This document shows positions 46,426-56,778 of a DNA stretch of 64,000 bases, one piece after another. A model generated the notes under the pieces. That model was given only the letters and a program-made list of their open reading frames with translations. It was not told the DNA's origin and did not search any database. Numbering within the stretch: the first letter of the stretch is position 1; each line of letters opens with the position of its first letter. The DNA lies in assembly GCF_902388705.1 (NCBI RefSeq), contig NZ_CABMQJ010000001.1:78454-142453 (forward strand), in the 5' to 3' direction. Position numbers and translations under genes: made by a program. This stretch comes from an uncultured Alistipes sp. Lineage in GTDB: Bacteria; Bacteroidota; Bacteroidia; Bacteroidales; Rikenellaceae.

Positions 46426-47021
46426 TACGCCTTGCAGAAACCGTGTTTGTTGAACTTGTACGACGCATCGACCGCCTCGGGCGTGTCGGCGCCGAGGGCA
46501 AGCAGGCATTCGCGGGTGAATTCGAGGCAGCCGGTGCCGTTGGCCGTCACGATGTTGCCGTCGCGCACGGCCTGCCGCTCTTCGTAGAGCGCCTGGCCCG
46601 TGTAGCGCTCCCCGCCCCACTTTTTCAGCATTTCGACAGTGTTGCCCGTGTGCCGTACGCCGTTCAGGAACCCGTGTGCGGCCAGGAACGACGCAGCGTT
46701 GCAGATGGCCCCGACGAGCACTCCGCGCGCGAGTGCCTCCTCGACGAGCGGCACAATCCGCAGCGCCTCGTCCGACTGCCACCGCATGCCGCCGACAAGA
46801 ATCACTCCCGCACAGTTGCCGGGAAGCGCCGATGCGTCGCAGTCGGGCGTTACCTGCATCCCGCCCAGCGAGCGGACGGCTTTTCCGTCGGGTGTCATGT
46901 ATTTCGTGCCGCAGAATGGCGTGTGTCCCGGCATTACGCCCGTACGCAGCGCCGGGGCGAGGAATGCCGCCTCCCAGTCTGCAAAATCGTCGAGCAGGAC
47001 GATTACAATCTCTTTTTCCAT
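46425..47021 (-). CDS. DJ-1/PfpI-family protein (class I glutamine amidotransferase-like fold)
   Basis: ..VILVGGMRWQSDEALRIVPLVEEALARGVLVGAICNAASFLAAHGFLNG.. contains the nucleophile-elbow Cys. 198 aa. Confidence 0.65.
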   Translation of the reverse strand: MEKEIVIVLLDDFADWEAAFLAPALRTGVMPGHTPFCGTKYMTPDGKAVRSLGGMQVTPDCDASALPGNCAGVILVGGMRWQSDEALRIVPLVEEALARGVLVGAICNAASFLAAHGFLNGVRHTGNTVEMLKKWGGERYTGQALYEERQAVRDGNIVTANGTGCLEFTRECLLALGADTPEAVDASYKFNKHGFCKA

Positions 47022-47026
47022 ATCCT

Positions 47027-48241
47027 TTATTTATAGATAAGCCTCGACATGCCGGAAAAAACCTCTTCGGCCACCTCCGTCAACTGCGATGCGGTCAGCG
47101 TGCGCACCTTGGCATAAACCTGTTCCATCGTGTCCACGTCGTCGTGGGTCAGGAAACTCTTGCCCGCGCCGAGCATGTACCCTTCGTTGCTCTCGCTCGA
47201 GATGGCCAGCTGGGCGATGAACTGTTTTTTTGCCATCGAGAGCTGGCGTGCCGTGAGCGGCGCGGTGCGAAGCTTGCGCAACTCGCCTTCAATCAGTTCG
47301 ATGCACTGCGCCGTATTGCCGTTCTCGGAACTGAAATAGATGGCCACGATGCCCGTGTCGCTGTACGGCGTGTAGCTTGCCTCGATGTTGTACGACAGTC
47401 CGTTTTTCTCGCGTACCACGACGTTCAGCAGCGAATTGGCGCACGGTCCGCCGAGGATATTCACCAAAAGGGCCAGCGGCAGGCGCTTTTCCTCGCCGAT
47501 GCCGTAGGCGCGGTTGCCGATGATGCAATGCGTTTGGTGGGTGTGTTTTACTACGGTTTTCTCGAAAGCCGTGCAGGGAGCGGGCGCCGCGCGGTCGAAG
47601 CTGCGTGTTGCCGTGATCTGTTCCGCGAAGTAACGCGCGGCGACCGCTTCGGCGGTCTTGGCCGTGAAGTTGCCGATGGATGAAAAGACCATCTGGTCGG
47701 TGGTATGCGTGCGGCCCGTGAAGGCGCGGATGGCGTCGCCGTTATAGCGTGCCAGCGCGTTTTTGCGGCCCAGGATGTTGTGCCCCAGCTCCGACCCCGC
47801 GAAGAGCATGTCTTCGAACGTGTCGTAAATCAGGTCGGCGGGCGAATCCTTGTAGGTGTTGATTTCGTCGACGATTACCTCCTTCTCCCGCTCCAGTTCC
47901 CGATCGGGGAACGTCGAGCGGAATGCGATGTCGGCAATCAGTTCGGCCGCCTTGGGGAAGTCCCCGCGCAGCGTCGTGGCGTGGATGGTCGTATCCTCCT
48001 TGGTGGTAAAGGCGTTCAGCTCGCCGCCGAGGTTTTCCAGCCGGCAGTTGACCTGCCAGGCGCGGCGGCGCTGCGTGCCCTTGAAAAATGCGTGTTCGGT
48101 GAAATGCGCCAGCCCGTATTGCTCCGGGTGTTCGTCGCGGCTTCCGGCATTGACGACCAGCGCGCAGTGCGCCACGTTGCTTTTCACCTGCCGGTGGATG
48201 CCCCGTATGCCGTTGGGGAGTCTGTATGTGAAGAATTCCAT
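47027..48241 (-). CDS. M16-family (pitrilysin/insulinase-like) zinc peptidase
   Basis: Inverted zinc motif HFTEHAFFKGT (HxxEH), then ..NAFTTKEDT.. 404 aa. Confidence 0.8.
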   Translation of the reverse strand: MEFFTYRLPNGIRGIHRQVKSNVAHCALVVNAGSRDEHPEQYGLAHFTEHAFFKGTQRRRAWQVNCRLENLGGELNAFTTKEDTTIHATTLRGDFPKAAELIADIAFRSTFPDRELEREKEVIVDEINTYKDSPADLIYDTFEDMLFAGSELGHNILGRKNALARYNGDAIRAFTGRTHTTDQMVFSSIGNFTAKTAEAVAARYFAEQITATRSFDRAAPAPCTAFEKTVVKHTHQTHCIIGNRAYGIGEEKRLPLALLVNILGGPCANSLLNVVVREKNGLSYNIEASYTPYSDTGIVAIYFSSENGNTAQCIELIEGELRKLRTAPLTARQLSMAKKQFIAQLAISSESNEGYMLGAGKSFLTHDDVDTMEQVYAKVRTLTASQLTEVAEEVFSGMSRLIYK

Positions 48242-48291
48242 TGTGTTGTCGCTTGTCCGGGGATTTCCGCCCTTTCCGGGGCGGGGTTACG

Positions 48292-51081
48292 TTATAATTT
48301 CGTACGCAGGCGGAGGTATTGGCCCGTGTGGCTCGCCGGGCATTGCTCCAGGTTGCGGGGCGTGCCCTCGAATACGACGTTGCCGCCGCCCGTGCCCGCC
48401 TCGGGCCCCAGGTCGACGACCCAGTCGGCGCATTTGATGACGTCCATGTTGTGCTCCACGACGACGATTGTGTGTCCCCGTTCGATCAGGGCGTTGAATG
48501 CCGCCAGCAACTTGTTGATGTCGTGGAAATGGAGTCCTGTCGTGGGTTCGTCGAAGATGAACATTACGCCGCCCTGCGCGCTGTCCTTGGTGAGGAACGA
48601 CGCCAGTTTCACGCGCTGGCTCTCGCCGCCCGAAAGGGTCGACGACGACTGTCCGAGCTTGATGTAGCCCAGCCCCACGTCCTGCAGCGGTTTGAGCCGT
48701 TCGACGATGCGCTTGCAGGTCGAGTCCTTCCTGTCTTCACCGAAGAACGCGATTGCGTCGTCGACGGTCATCTCCAGCACGTCGTAGATTGACTTGCCGC
48801 GGTATTTCACCTCGAGGATTTCGTCGCGGAAACGCCTGCCCCCGCACGCTTCGCAGACCAGTTCGACATCGGCCATGAACTGCATCGAAACCTTGATCAC
48901 ACCCTCGCCCTGGCACTCCTCGCAGCGTCCTCCTGCGATGTTGAACGAGAACGACGAAGCCCCGAGTCCCGTATGTTGGGCGTAAGGTTGGTCGGCGAAC
49001 AGTTTGCGGATTTCGTCGTAAGCCTTGATGTAGGTCACCGGGTTCGAGCGCGACGATTTGCCGATGGGATTCTGGTCGATCATCTCCACCGATTTGAGCA
49101 GCTGCACGTTCCCCGTGATGCCGTCGAAATCGCCCGGCTTGACGCCCGTGTCGAAAAGCATGCGCCGCAGCGCCGGGTAGAGGATGCCCTTTGCAAGCGA
49201 CGATTTGCCGCTTCCGCTGACGCCCGTGATGCAGGTCATCACCCCCAGCGGAATCCGTACGTCGATGTTCCGGAGGTTATTTTCGCGGGCTCCTTCGATT
49301 GTGATCGAGTTGCTCCAGCCGCGTTCGGTCGCGGGAGGCGTTATCGAGCGGCGACCGGTCAGGTAGTCGGCCGTCAGGCTCTTCCTGCTTTCGAGCAGCT
49401 GGGGCAGCGTGCCGCTGAAAACCACTTCGCCGCCGTTGTAGCCCGCCTTGGGGCCGATGTCGACGATGTAGTCGGCGGCGCGGATTACCTCCTCCTCGTG
49501 CTCGACGACGATGACCGTATTGCCCAGGTCGCGCAGTTGCTTGAGTACCTTGATGAGCCGGTTGGTGTCGCGCGGATGCAGGCCGATCGAGGGCTCGTCG
49601 AGGATGTAGAGCGAGCCCGTGAGGTTGCTGCCCAGCGAGGTCGAAAGGTTGATGCGCTGGCTTTCGCCGCCCGAGAGGGTCGACGAAAGGCGGTCGAGCG
49701 TCAGGTAACCCAACCCTACGTCGGCCAGGTATTGCAGGCGGTTGCGTATCTCGACCAGGATGCGCGCCGCGGTCTTCGCGTCGTGCTCGTCGAGTTCCAG
49801 TCCGTTGAAGAACGGAATCAGTTCGTCGACCGGCATTATCACCAAATCGGCAATGGTTTTCCCGCCGACACGTACGTACAGCGCCTCTTTGCGCAGGCGG
49901 CTGCCGCCGCATTCGGGGCAGGCGGTCTTGCCCGTATAGCGGGCCTTCATCACGCGGAACTGGATTTTGCGCCGCTCCGAGTCGATGTAGGCGAAGAAGT
50001 CGTCCAGTCCGTGGAAATATTCGTTGCCGCGCCACAGCAGCCGTTTCTGCTCCTGCGTCAGCTCATGGAACGGGGTGTGTATCGGGAAATCGAACTTGTA
50101 GGCATTCTCCACGAGGCGCTCTTTCCATTTGCGCATCGTTTCGCCGCGCCAGCAGGCTATGGCGTCCTCGTAGATGGTTTTGCTCTTGTCGGGGATTACC
50201 AGGTCTTCGTCGATGCCGATTACCTTGCCGTAGCCCTCGCAGCGGGGACATGCCCCCAGCGGGTTGTTGAAACTGAACAGGTGCTCCGTCGGCGGTTCGA
50301 ACTCGATGCCGTCGGCTTCGAAGCGCGACGAAAATTCAGCCGTGCCCCTGTCGCTTATGACCGTGCAGATGCCCTCGCCGTAGGAGAATGCGCGGGCAAT
50401 CGAATCGCGCAGGCGAGTCTGTGTGTCGTCGTCCGCCGCGATACGCGCACGATCCACGACCACGAGGATTTCTCCGGCGTCGGTCTTGTCGTCGATGCCG
50501 GGCAGGATGTCCTCGATAAGGCGGGTTTCGCCGCCCGTCCGGACGCGCATCAGGCCGTCGGAGAGCAGCAGCGTGAGTTTCTCGATGATGCCCTGCCCCG
50601 GGCTCAGTACGAGCGGTGCGGCGATGACGACGCGGCTGCCCTCGCCCAGCCCTTGGATGTAGGCCGCCACGTCGTCCACGCTGTAACAGCGCACCTCCTG
50701 TCCCGATACGGGCGAATAGGTGTGGCCGGTGCGGGCGAACAGCAGTTTCAGGTAGTCGTATATCTCGGTCGTGGTGCCTACCGTCGAACGGGGATTGCGC
50801 GTGTTGACTTTCTGCTCGATGGCGATGGCCGGCGCAATGCCCGAGATGATGTCCACGTCGGGTTTGTTGATTTTCCCGAGGAACTGGCGGGCATATGCCG
50901 AGAGGCTCTCGACATAGCGGCGCTGTCCTTCGGCGAAGATCGTGTCGAAAGCCAGCGTAGACTTTCCCGAGCCCGAGAGGCCCGTGACGACGACCAGTTT
51001 GTCGTGCGGAATTTCCACCTCGATGTTCTTGAGGTTGTGAACCCGCGCACCTTTGATATATATCGAATTTTCGTGTGCCAT
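48292..51081 (-). CDS. uvrA: excinuclease ABC subunit A
   Basis: Two ABC modules ([23 protein letters not shown]...; [11 protein letters not shown]..), zinc fingers [14 protein letters not shown] and CEECQGEG. 929 aa. Confidence 0.95.
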   Translation of the reverse strand: MAHENSIYIKGARVHNLKNIEVEIPHDKLVVVTGLSGSGKSTLAFDTIFAEGQRRYVESLSAYARQFLGKINKPDVDIISGIAPAIAIEQKVNTRNPRSTVGTTTEIYDYLKLLFARTGHTYSPVSGQEVRCYSVDDVAAYIQGLGEGSRVVIAAPLVLSPGQGIIEKLTLLLSDGLMRVRTGGETRLIEDILPGIDDKTDAGEILVVVDRARIAADDDTQTRLRDSIARAFSYGEGICTVISDRGTAEFSSRFEADGIEFEPPTEHLFSFNNPLGACPRCEGYGKVIGIDEDLVIPDKSKTIYEDAIACWRGETMRKWKERLVENAYKFDFPIHTPFHELTQEQKRLLWRGNEYFHGLDDFFAYIDSERRKIQFRVMKARYTGKTACPECGGSRLRKEALYVRVGGKTIADLVIMPVDELIPFFNGLELDEHDAKTAARILVEIRNRLQYLADVGLGYLTLDRLSSTLSGGESQRINLSTSLGSNLTGSLYILDEPSIGLHPRDTNRLIKVLKQLRDLGNTVIVVEHEEEVIRAADYIVDIGPKAGYNGGEVVFSGTLPQLLESRKSLTADYLTGRRSITPPATERGWSNSITIEGARENNLRNIDVRIPLGVMTCITGVSGSGKSSLAKGILYPALRRMLFDTGVKPGDFDGITGNVQLLKSVEMIDQNPIGKSSRSNPVTYIKAYDEIRKLFADQPYAQHTGLGASSFSFNIAGGRCEECQGEGVIKVSMQFMADVELVCEACGGRRFRDEILEVKYRGKSIYDVLEMTVDDAIAFFGEDRKDSTCKRIVERLKPLQDVGLGYIKLGQSSSTLSGGESQRVKLASFLTKDSAQGGVMFIFDEPTTGLHFHDINKLLAAFNALIERGHTIVVVEHNMDVIKCADWVVDLGPEAGTGGGNVVFEGTPRNLEQCPASHTGQYLRLRTKL

Positions 51082-51686
51082 TATTCGTTTTCGGGGAGCG
51101 AGCCCCCGGCTTTTTTCAGTTTTTCAATCAGTCCCGCGGCGCGGCTCTCGCGGATGGTGAGCACCATCGTGCAGAGGTTGTCGAACTCCTGCGATACGAT
51201 TTTGGGCTGCTCGTCTTTGATAACGCGCATGATGTCGTTCATGACGATGTAGGGAAAATCCACCCGGACGGTACGGTCGACGGTACGCCGTACAACCTCG
51301 GCCGCAGCGATTGCTTCGGCCGCCGACTCCTTGTAGGCCGCAATCAGCCCCGGGACGCCGAGCTTCGTGCCGCCGAAGTAGCGGACGACGACGATGAGGC
51401 AGTCCGTCAAATCGTTCGACAGGAGCTGCCCGAGGATCGGCCTGCCCGCCGTGCCCGAAGGCTCCCCGTCGTCGTTGGCGCGGAAACTTGCGCCTGCGGG
51501 CCCCAGCCGCCATGCATAGCAGTGGTGTGTGGCGTCGTAGTACTTTTTGCGCAGGCCGTCGAGTATTTCGCGTATCTGCCCTTCGCACTGCACGGGATAG
51601 GCAAAGGAGAGGAATTTGCTGCTCCGCTCCCTCGATGCCGCCTCGGCCGCCGCCGCGATTGTCAGATAGCTGTCCTCGGCCTCCAC
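51081..51686 (-). CDS. yigZ: YigZ / IMPACT-family protein (UPF0029)
   Basis: ..YDATHHCYAWRLG..DDGEPSGTAGRPIL... is the conserved YigZ core. I propose a GTG start at 51686, 2 nt after the lepB stop. The track ORF start at 51749 would overlap lepB by 62 nt. Confidence 0.6.
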   Translation of the reverse strand: MEAEDSYLTIAAAAEAASRERSSKFLSFAYPVQCEGQIREILDGLRKKYYDATHHCYAWRLGPAGASFRANDDGEPSGTAGRPILGQLLSNDLTDCLIVVVRYFGGTKLGVPGLIAAYKESAAEAIAAAEVVRRTVDRTVRVDFPYIVMNDIMRVIKDEQPKIVSQEFDNLCTMVLTIRESRAAGLIEKLKKAGGSLPENE

Positions 51687-51687
51687 C

Positions 51688-53040
51688 CTACCGTACCTTT
51701 TTGAAAAGACGATCCCAGCGAATATTCGACGGGAACGACTTGTTCGCATCGAGGGACAGCCATACGAACGAAGCCTTGCCCACGATGTGGTCTTCGGGTA
51801 CGAAGCCCCAGAACCGCGAGTCGGCCGAGTTGTGGCGGTTGTCGCCCATCATCCAGTAGTAGTCCATGGCGAACGTATAGCTGTCGGCCTCGGTGCCGTC
51901 GATGTAGATTTTGCCGTCGCGCTCCGCCAGATCGTGTCCCTCGTAAGCTTCGATGATGCGGCGGTAGAGCGGCAGGTTTTCCGTGGTCAGGGCCACCGTG
52001 GCGCCCTTTTGCGGAATCCAGATCGGCCCGTAGTTGTCCTGGCTCCAGCGCGGCTCCGCCCACTGCGGGAATACGTCCGTGTTGGGGGTGAAGATATAGC
52101 GGCGCAACGAGATCACGTTGTCCAGCGCCTTGACCTTTTCGGCCGCCTCGTCGGTGAGGAACATGTAGTATACCGAGCCGTTGCCGGTGTATTCCGTGAT
52201 GCCGAGGTTGTCGATGGCGTATTGCGAGAGCGGCGACGATACCTGCACGATGTACTGGTATTGCTTGCCCGGGATGGGTTCCTGCGGCGATCCGTTCACC
52301 CACACCTGTCCGTCGCGCACCTCGAGCGAATCGCCCGGGACGGCGACGCAGCGCTTGATGTAGTTCTCACGCTTGTCCACGGGGCGGCTGACGATGGTGT
52401 ATTTCTCGGCGAGGCGCTTGCGCCCCTCCTCCCTGCCGAACGACTCCTCGTAGCCGCGCAGCACGTCGTAGTAGGTCACGGCCTGGTTTTCGAGCAGTAC
52501 GGTATCCCCGGCCGGGAAGTTGAATACGACCACGTCGTTGCGTTTGATTTTGCGCAGCCCCTTGAGCCGGTGGTACGGCCATTTGACCGCTTCGGAGAAC
52601 GATTTTTTCGTCTGCGAGAACGGCATCGTGTGGTGCACGAACGGGAACGACAGCGGCGTGTTGGGCATCTGCGGCCCGTAGGTCACCTTGCTCACGTAGA
52701 GGTAGTCGCCTATGAGCAGCGACTTTTCCATCGACGAGGTCGGGATGACGTACATCTGGAACACGAAAATGTGCACCAGCGACGCCACGACCGTGGCGAA
52801 AATGATGGCGTTGACCCACTCGTAGACGGTTTTGTAGGTCTTGCTCCGCTGGCAGAGGCGCACGTTGTGGCACCAGACGTAGCGGTAGAAGAATTTCGAG
52901 ATGTAGAGGTCGAAAATCACGACGAGGCCCAACAGCAGCCAGAGGTTGCCCGTCCATACGACGAACCACAGCGTGTAGAGCAGCGAGGCGAGCGCGAAGC
53001 CGACCCATTTGTTTCGGAAGAATGCTTTGATCTTACCCAT
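51688..53040 (-). CDS. lepB: signal peptidase I (long Bacteroidota type)
   Basis: Catalytic Ser box ..IPTSSMEKSLLIGDYLYV.. and Lys box, plus the C-terminal ..MMGDNRHNSADSRFWGFVP... 450 aa. Confidence 0.85.
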   Translation of the reverse strand: MGKIKAFFRNKWVGFALASLLYTLWFVVWTGNLWLLLGLVVIFDLYISKFFYRYVWCHNVRLCQRSKTYKTVYEWVNAIIFATVVASLVHIFVFQMYVIPTSSMEKSLLIGDYLYVSKVTYGPQMPNTPLSFPFVHHTMPFSQTKKSFSEAVKWPYHRLKGLRKIKRNDVVVFNFPAGDTVLLENQAVTYYDVLRGYEESFGREEGRKRLAEKYTIVSRPVDKRENYIKRCVAVPGDSLEVRDGQVWVNGSPQEPIPGKQYQYIVQVSSPLSQYAIDNLGITEYTGNGSVYYMFLTDEAAEKVKALDNVISLRRYIFTPNTDVFPQWAEPRWSQDNYGPIWIPQKGATVALTTENLPLYRRIIEAYEGHDLAERDGKIYIDGTEADSYTFAMDYYWMMGDNRHNSADSRFWGFVPEDHIVGKASFVWLSLDANKSFPSNIRWDRLFKKVR

Positions 53041-53049
53041 ATTCGTATC

Positions 53050-53805
53050 TTATTTCAGCAGGTCGTCCATCGAGTAGACGCCCTGTTTGCCGCAAAGGAA
53101 TTCGGCAGCTATTACAGCTCCCATTGCTAACGTACGGCGGTTCTTAATCGTATGTTTGAGCTCGAGAATATCGTCCGCCGATTCGTAGGTCACGGTGTGG
53201 ATACCCGGTACCATGCCCTCGCGTACGGAGCCGATTACGACCTGTTCCGCCGCCGCGTTGGCAGGTTCCCCGATTCGGTTGGTCGCATGTTCGATGCCCG
53301 GGGCGTAGTTCACCCAGGCCGTTTTGTCGTGCAGGCCGTCGATGACGCCCTCGGCCAGCGTGATGGCCGTACCGCTCGGCGCGTCTTTTTTCTGGGTGTG
53401 GTGCACCTCTTCGATGCGTACGCCGTAGCCGCCCACGCGGTCGATCATCTCCGCCAGCTGGCGGTTGAGGCGGAACATCAGGTTGACGCCCAGGCAATAG
53501 TTCGAGGCGTAGAACAGCGCTCCGCCCTTTTCGCGGCACAGCTCCTGCAACTCCTGCAGGCGGTCCGTCCAGCCCGTCGTGCCGCTCACCACGGGAGTGG
53601 CGTTCTCGATGCAGGTGCGGATATTGCCGTAGGCCGTCGTGGGCATGGTGAATTCCAGTGCCACGTCTACGCCGGCGAGATTCGCGGCGTTCAGGTCGGC
53701 CGTATTGTCGTTGTCGATTACGAGTGCAACGCTGTGGCCGCGTTCGAGGAGTATCTTCTCGATTTCGCGGCCCATCTTGCCGTAACCTATGATAGCTGCT
53801 TTCAT
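53050..53805 (-). CDS. dapB: 4-hydroxy-tetrahydrodipicolinate reductase
   Basis: ATG at 53805 gives MKAAIIGYGKMGREIEKILLERGH.. (Rossmann) and ..EEVHHTQKKDAPSGTA.. (DapB signature). The upstream extension of the track ORF is rejected. Confidence 0.9.
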   Translation of the reverse strand: MKAAIIGYGKMGREIEKILLERGHSVALVIDNDNTADLNAANLAGVDVALEFTMPTTAYGNIRTCIENATPVVSGTTGWTDRLQELQELCREKGGALFYASNYCLGVNLMFRLNRQLAEMIDRVGGYGVRIEEVHHTQKKDAPSGTAITLAEGVIDGLHDKTAWVNYAPGIEHATNRIGEPANAAAEQVVIGSVREGMVPGIHTVTYESADDILELKHTIKNRRTLAMGAVIAAEFLCGKQGVYSMDDLLK

Positions 53806-54228
53806 GATTTTTCCGGATTTTATAGTCGTGCAAATTCGTACAAAGATAATACAACGCGCGCGCACTGCCAAATTTATTTGATTCCGGCCGGACAGTCCGT
53901 TTATTTTCTGTAAGAAAATAGGATTTCCGGGTTCGGTGCTTCCTCCTGATATTCCGCCTGTCCTGCCGCTATCCAATCCTGCTTCGCCGGTTCTCTATAC
54001 GGTGCTTGCGGCCAGCCCTGCTCCGTGCTGTTCCGTCCGTCTGTCCTGATGCACCTCTCACCGGCCTGCCCGCGGATTCGGTTTCGCACCGGATGCCGGA
54101 AAAAGATGTGATTTCGGCACGAAAATGCGAAATACTTCTTTATTTGGAAAATAATCGTTAACTTTCTGGTGCTTTCGTGTTATGAACCGGAATACAAACA
54201 AGCCATAAACTTTAATATTGTAAGCGAT

Positions 54229-55659
54229 ATGAAAAAAGAACCACAGAAAACACGCACCGAATGCGACCTGATAGGCTGCATCGAAGTGCCGGACGATGTG
54301 CTGTACGGCGTACAGACCATGCGCGGACTGGAGAATTTCCCCATCAGCAAGTTCCGCCTGTGCGAGTACCCGCTATTTATCGAGGGGCTCGCAACCGTGA
54401 AACTGGGCGCTGCCATCGCCAACCACGACATGGGGCTGCTCTCCGACGAGTTGTTCGATGCGATTTCGCAGGCCTGCCGCGAAATCATGGCCGGGAAATT
54501 CCACGAATTCTTTCCCGTGGACATGATTCAGGGCGGCGCAGGGACTACGACCAACATGAACGCCAACGAGGTCATTGCCAACCGGGCGCTGGAAATCATG
54601 GGGCACCGTCGCGGCGAATACCAGTACTGCTCGCCCAACGATCACGTCAACTGCTCGCAGTCGACCAACGACGCCTATCCGTCGGCCATCCACCTCGGGC
54701 TTTACGCTACGCACCTCGAACTGCGAAAACATCTCGAAGAACTGATTGCGGCTTTCGCGCGTAAGGGCGACGAGTTTGCCGGCGTACTCAAGATGGGGCG
54801 TACGCAGCTGCAGGACGCCGTGCCGATGACCCTCGGGCAGACGTTCCACGGTTTTGCGAGCGTCCTGCGGGGCGAAGTCGACAATCTCGACCATGCGGCG
54901 CAGGAGTTCCTGTCGATTAATATGGGCGCTACGGCCATCGGTACGGGCATCTGCGCCGAACCGGGATATGCCGAGCGCTGTACGACAGCCATCAGGGAGA
55001 TTACCGGCTGGGACGTGAAGCTGGCCGAAGACCTCGTGGGCGCCACATCCGACACGGTATGCATGGTCGGGTACTCTTCCGCCATGAAGCGCATCGCGTC
55101 GAAGATGAACAAGATATGCAACGACTTGCGGCTGCTGTCTTCGGGCCCCCGCTGCGGCTTGGGCGAATTCAACCTTCCGGCGCGCCAGCCCGGTTCGTCG
55201 ATTATGCCCGGCAAGGTCAATCCCGTGATTCCCGAGGTGATGAACCAGATTGCATTCAAGGTCATCGGCAACGAGCTTTGCGTGACGATGGCCGACGAGG
55301 CGGCGCAGATGGAGCTGAACGCCATGGAACCGGTGATGGCGCAATGCTGTTTCGAGTCGGCGGAACTGCTCATTAACGGGTTCGATACGCTGCGCATACG
55401 TTGTGTCGAGGGTATCACGGCCAACGGGGAGAAGTGCCTGCAATACGTTCACAACAGCATCGGCGTGGTGACGGCGCTCAACCCGATTATCGGTTACAAG
55501 AATTCTACGAAAATAGCCAAGGAGGCGCTGGAAACCGGCCGAGGCGTTTACGAACTGGTGCTCGAGCATGGAATATTGAGCCGGGAGGAACTCGACGAGG
55601 TGCTCAAGCCCGAGAATATGATTCGTCCCGTGAAACTCGACATAAAACCGCGCCATTAA
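54229..55659 (+). CDS. aspA: aspartate ammonia-lyase
   Basis: ATG at 54229 gives MKKEPQKTRTECDLIGCIEVPDDVLYGVQTMRGLENF... The signature GSSIMPGKVNPVIPEV is aspartase-type, not fumarase-type. KMGRTQLQDAVPMTLGQ is also present. Confidence 0.9.
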   Translation: MKKEPQKTRTECDLIGCIEVPDDVLYGVQTMRGLENFPISKFRLCEYPLFIEGLATVKLGAAIANHDMGLLSDELFDAISQACREIMAGKFHEFFPVDMIQGGAGTTTNMNANEVIANRALEIMGHRRGEYQYCSPNDHVNCSQSTNDAYPSAIHLGLYATHLELRKHLEELIAAFARKGDEFAGVLKMGRTQLQDAVPMTLGQTFHGFASVLRGEVDNLDHAAQEFLSINMGATAIGTGICAEPGYAERCTTAIREITGWDVKLAEDLVGATSDTVCMVGYSSAMKRIASKMNKICNDLRLLSSGPRCGLGEFNLPARQPGSSIMPGKVNPVIPEVMNQIAFKVIGNELCVTMADEAAQMELNAMEPVMAQCCFESAELLINGFDTLRIRCVEGITANGEKCLQYVHNSIGVVTALNPIIGYKNSTKIAKEALETGRGVYELVLEHGILSREELDEVLKPENMIRPVKLDIKPRH

Positions 55660-55700
55660 TTCGATTTTTTTGTATTTTTGCGCAAACCTCTTTTGTCGCG

Positions 55701-56465
55701 ATGCGTTATTTCCTGGAACTTCGATACAACGGAGCTGCCTACTGCGGTTGGCAGCGGCAGCCCGACATGCCGTCGGTGCAGCAGACGCTCGAGCAGGCGC
55801 TCTCTACCCTGCTGCGCGAGCAGATCGAAGTGACGGGGGCGGGACGCACCGATACGGGCGTGAACGCTTCTTACTACGTGGCGCATTTCGATTGCCGTGA
55901 GCCTGTGTCCGATACGGCGCAGCTGATCTACAAGCTGAATTTCCTGCTTCCGGGCGACATCGCCGCGGGGAGCCTGACGCCTGTGGACGACGGTTCCCAC
56001 GCCCGTTTCGGCGCCCGGGAGCGTGAATACCGCTATTTCGTCGAACCGCGCAAGAATCCCTTTACGCGGGGTACGACGTGGCAGTATTACGTGCCGCTGG
56101 ATGTCGGGCGGATGAACGAAGCGGCCGCAGCGTTGCGGGAGTACGACGATTTCACGTCGTTCGCCAAGCTCAATTCGAATAACAAGACCAATATCTGCCG
56201 CGTGATGCATGCCGCATGGTCGGTCGACGCACACGGCGTGTTATGCTTTACGATTCGCGCCGACCGCTTCCTGCGCAATATGGTGCGCGCCGTGGTCGGC
56301 ACGCTGGTCGACGTGGGGCGCGGGCGTTACACCCCGCAGCAGTTCCGGGAGATTGTCGAAAGCCGCGATTTATCGCGGTCGAGCGGCGGCGCTCCGGCGC
56401 AGGGGCTCTTTTTGAGCGACGTGGTGTATCCGGCGGAGGTTTTCGAACGAAAAATGTTTTACTAA
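55701..56465 (+). CDS. truA: tRNA pseudouridine(38-40) synthase TruA
   Basis: ATG at 55701 gives MRYFLELRYNGAAYCGWQRQP....VTGAGRTDTGVNAS, which includes the catalytic Asp. The track ORF start at 55401 overlaps aspA and is rejected. Confidence 0.9.
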   Translation: MRYFLELRYNGAAYCGWQRQPDMPSVQQTLEQALSTLLREQIEVTGAGRTDTGVNASYYVAHFDCREPVSDTAQLIYKLNFLLPGDIAAGSLTPVDDGSHARFGAREREYRYFVEPRKNPFTRGTTWQYYVPLDVGRMNEAAAALREYDDFTSFAKLNSNNKTNICRVMHAAWSVDAHGVLCFTIRADRFLRNMVRAVVGTLVDVGRGRYTPQQFREIVESRDLSRSSGGAPAQGLFLSDVVYPAEVFERKMFY

Positions 56466-56485
56466 CTTTAAAAATATTTAAGGCT

Positions 56486-56674
56486 ATGATTGGAACTATT
56501 ATTTGGCTGATCGGTGTCGCTTGTGCGATTTGGTGTGTGATGGACATCTTCAAGAAGAACATCTCGACTGCCGGCAAGATTATCGCTTCGCTCGTGGTAT
56601 TGCTGACCAGTTGGCTGGGCCTTGCCGTTTATTATTTCTACGCCAAGGATCACCTGCAGGAGTGGTTTAAGTGA
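56486..56674 (+). CDS. small membrane protein (62 aa, 2 TM, PLD-nuclease N-terminal-domain-like)
   Basis: ATG at 56486 gives MIGTIIWLIGVACAIWCVMDIFKKNISTAGKIIASLVVLLTSWLGLAVYYFYAKDH. The W..DI..K..S...K..W...V motif resembles the PLDc_N family. Confidence 0.45.
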   Translation: MIGTIIWLIGVACAIWCVMDIFKKNISTAGKIIASLVVLLTSWLGLAVYYFYAKDHLQEWFK

Positions 56675-56778
56675 GAATTGAAAAGAATTGAAACGAGGAA
56701 GGTTCCGTTGCGGGCCTTCCTTTTTTATTTTGATATTGGGAATTAAATGTCTATATTTGATAGCCAATTCCAACTTGT

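Noticed and set aside
48973-51252. 759-aa plus-strand ORF
   Set aside because: Antisense to uvrA, the most confidently identified gene in the window.
51787-53130. 447-aa plus-strand ORF
   Set aside because: Antisense to lepB.
53901-54089. 62-aa ORF in the dapB/aspA divergent intergenic region
   Set aside because: Short, with no start context and an Arg/Gly-rich translation. The region is more likely the two divergent promoters.
54373-55656. 427-aa minus-strand ORF
   Set aside because: Antisense to aspA.
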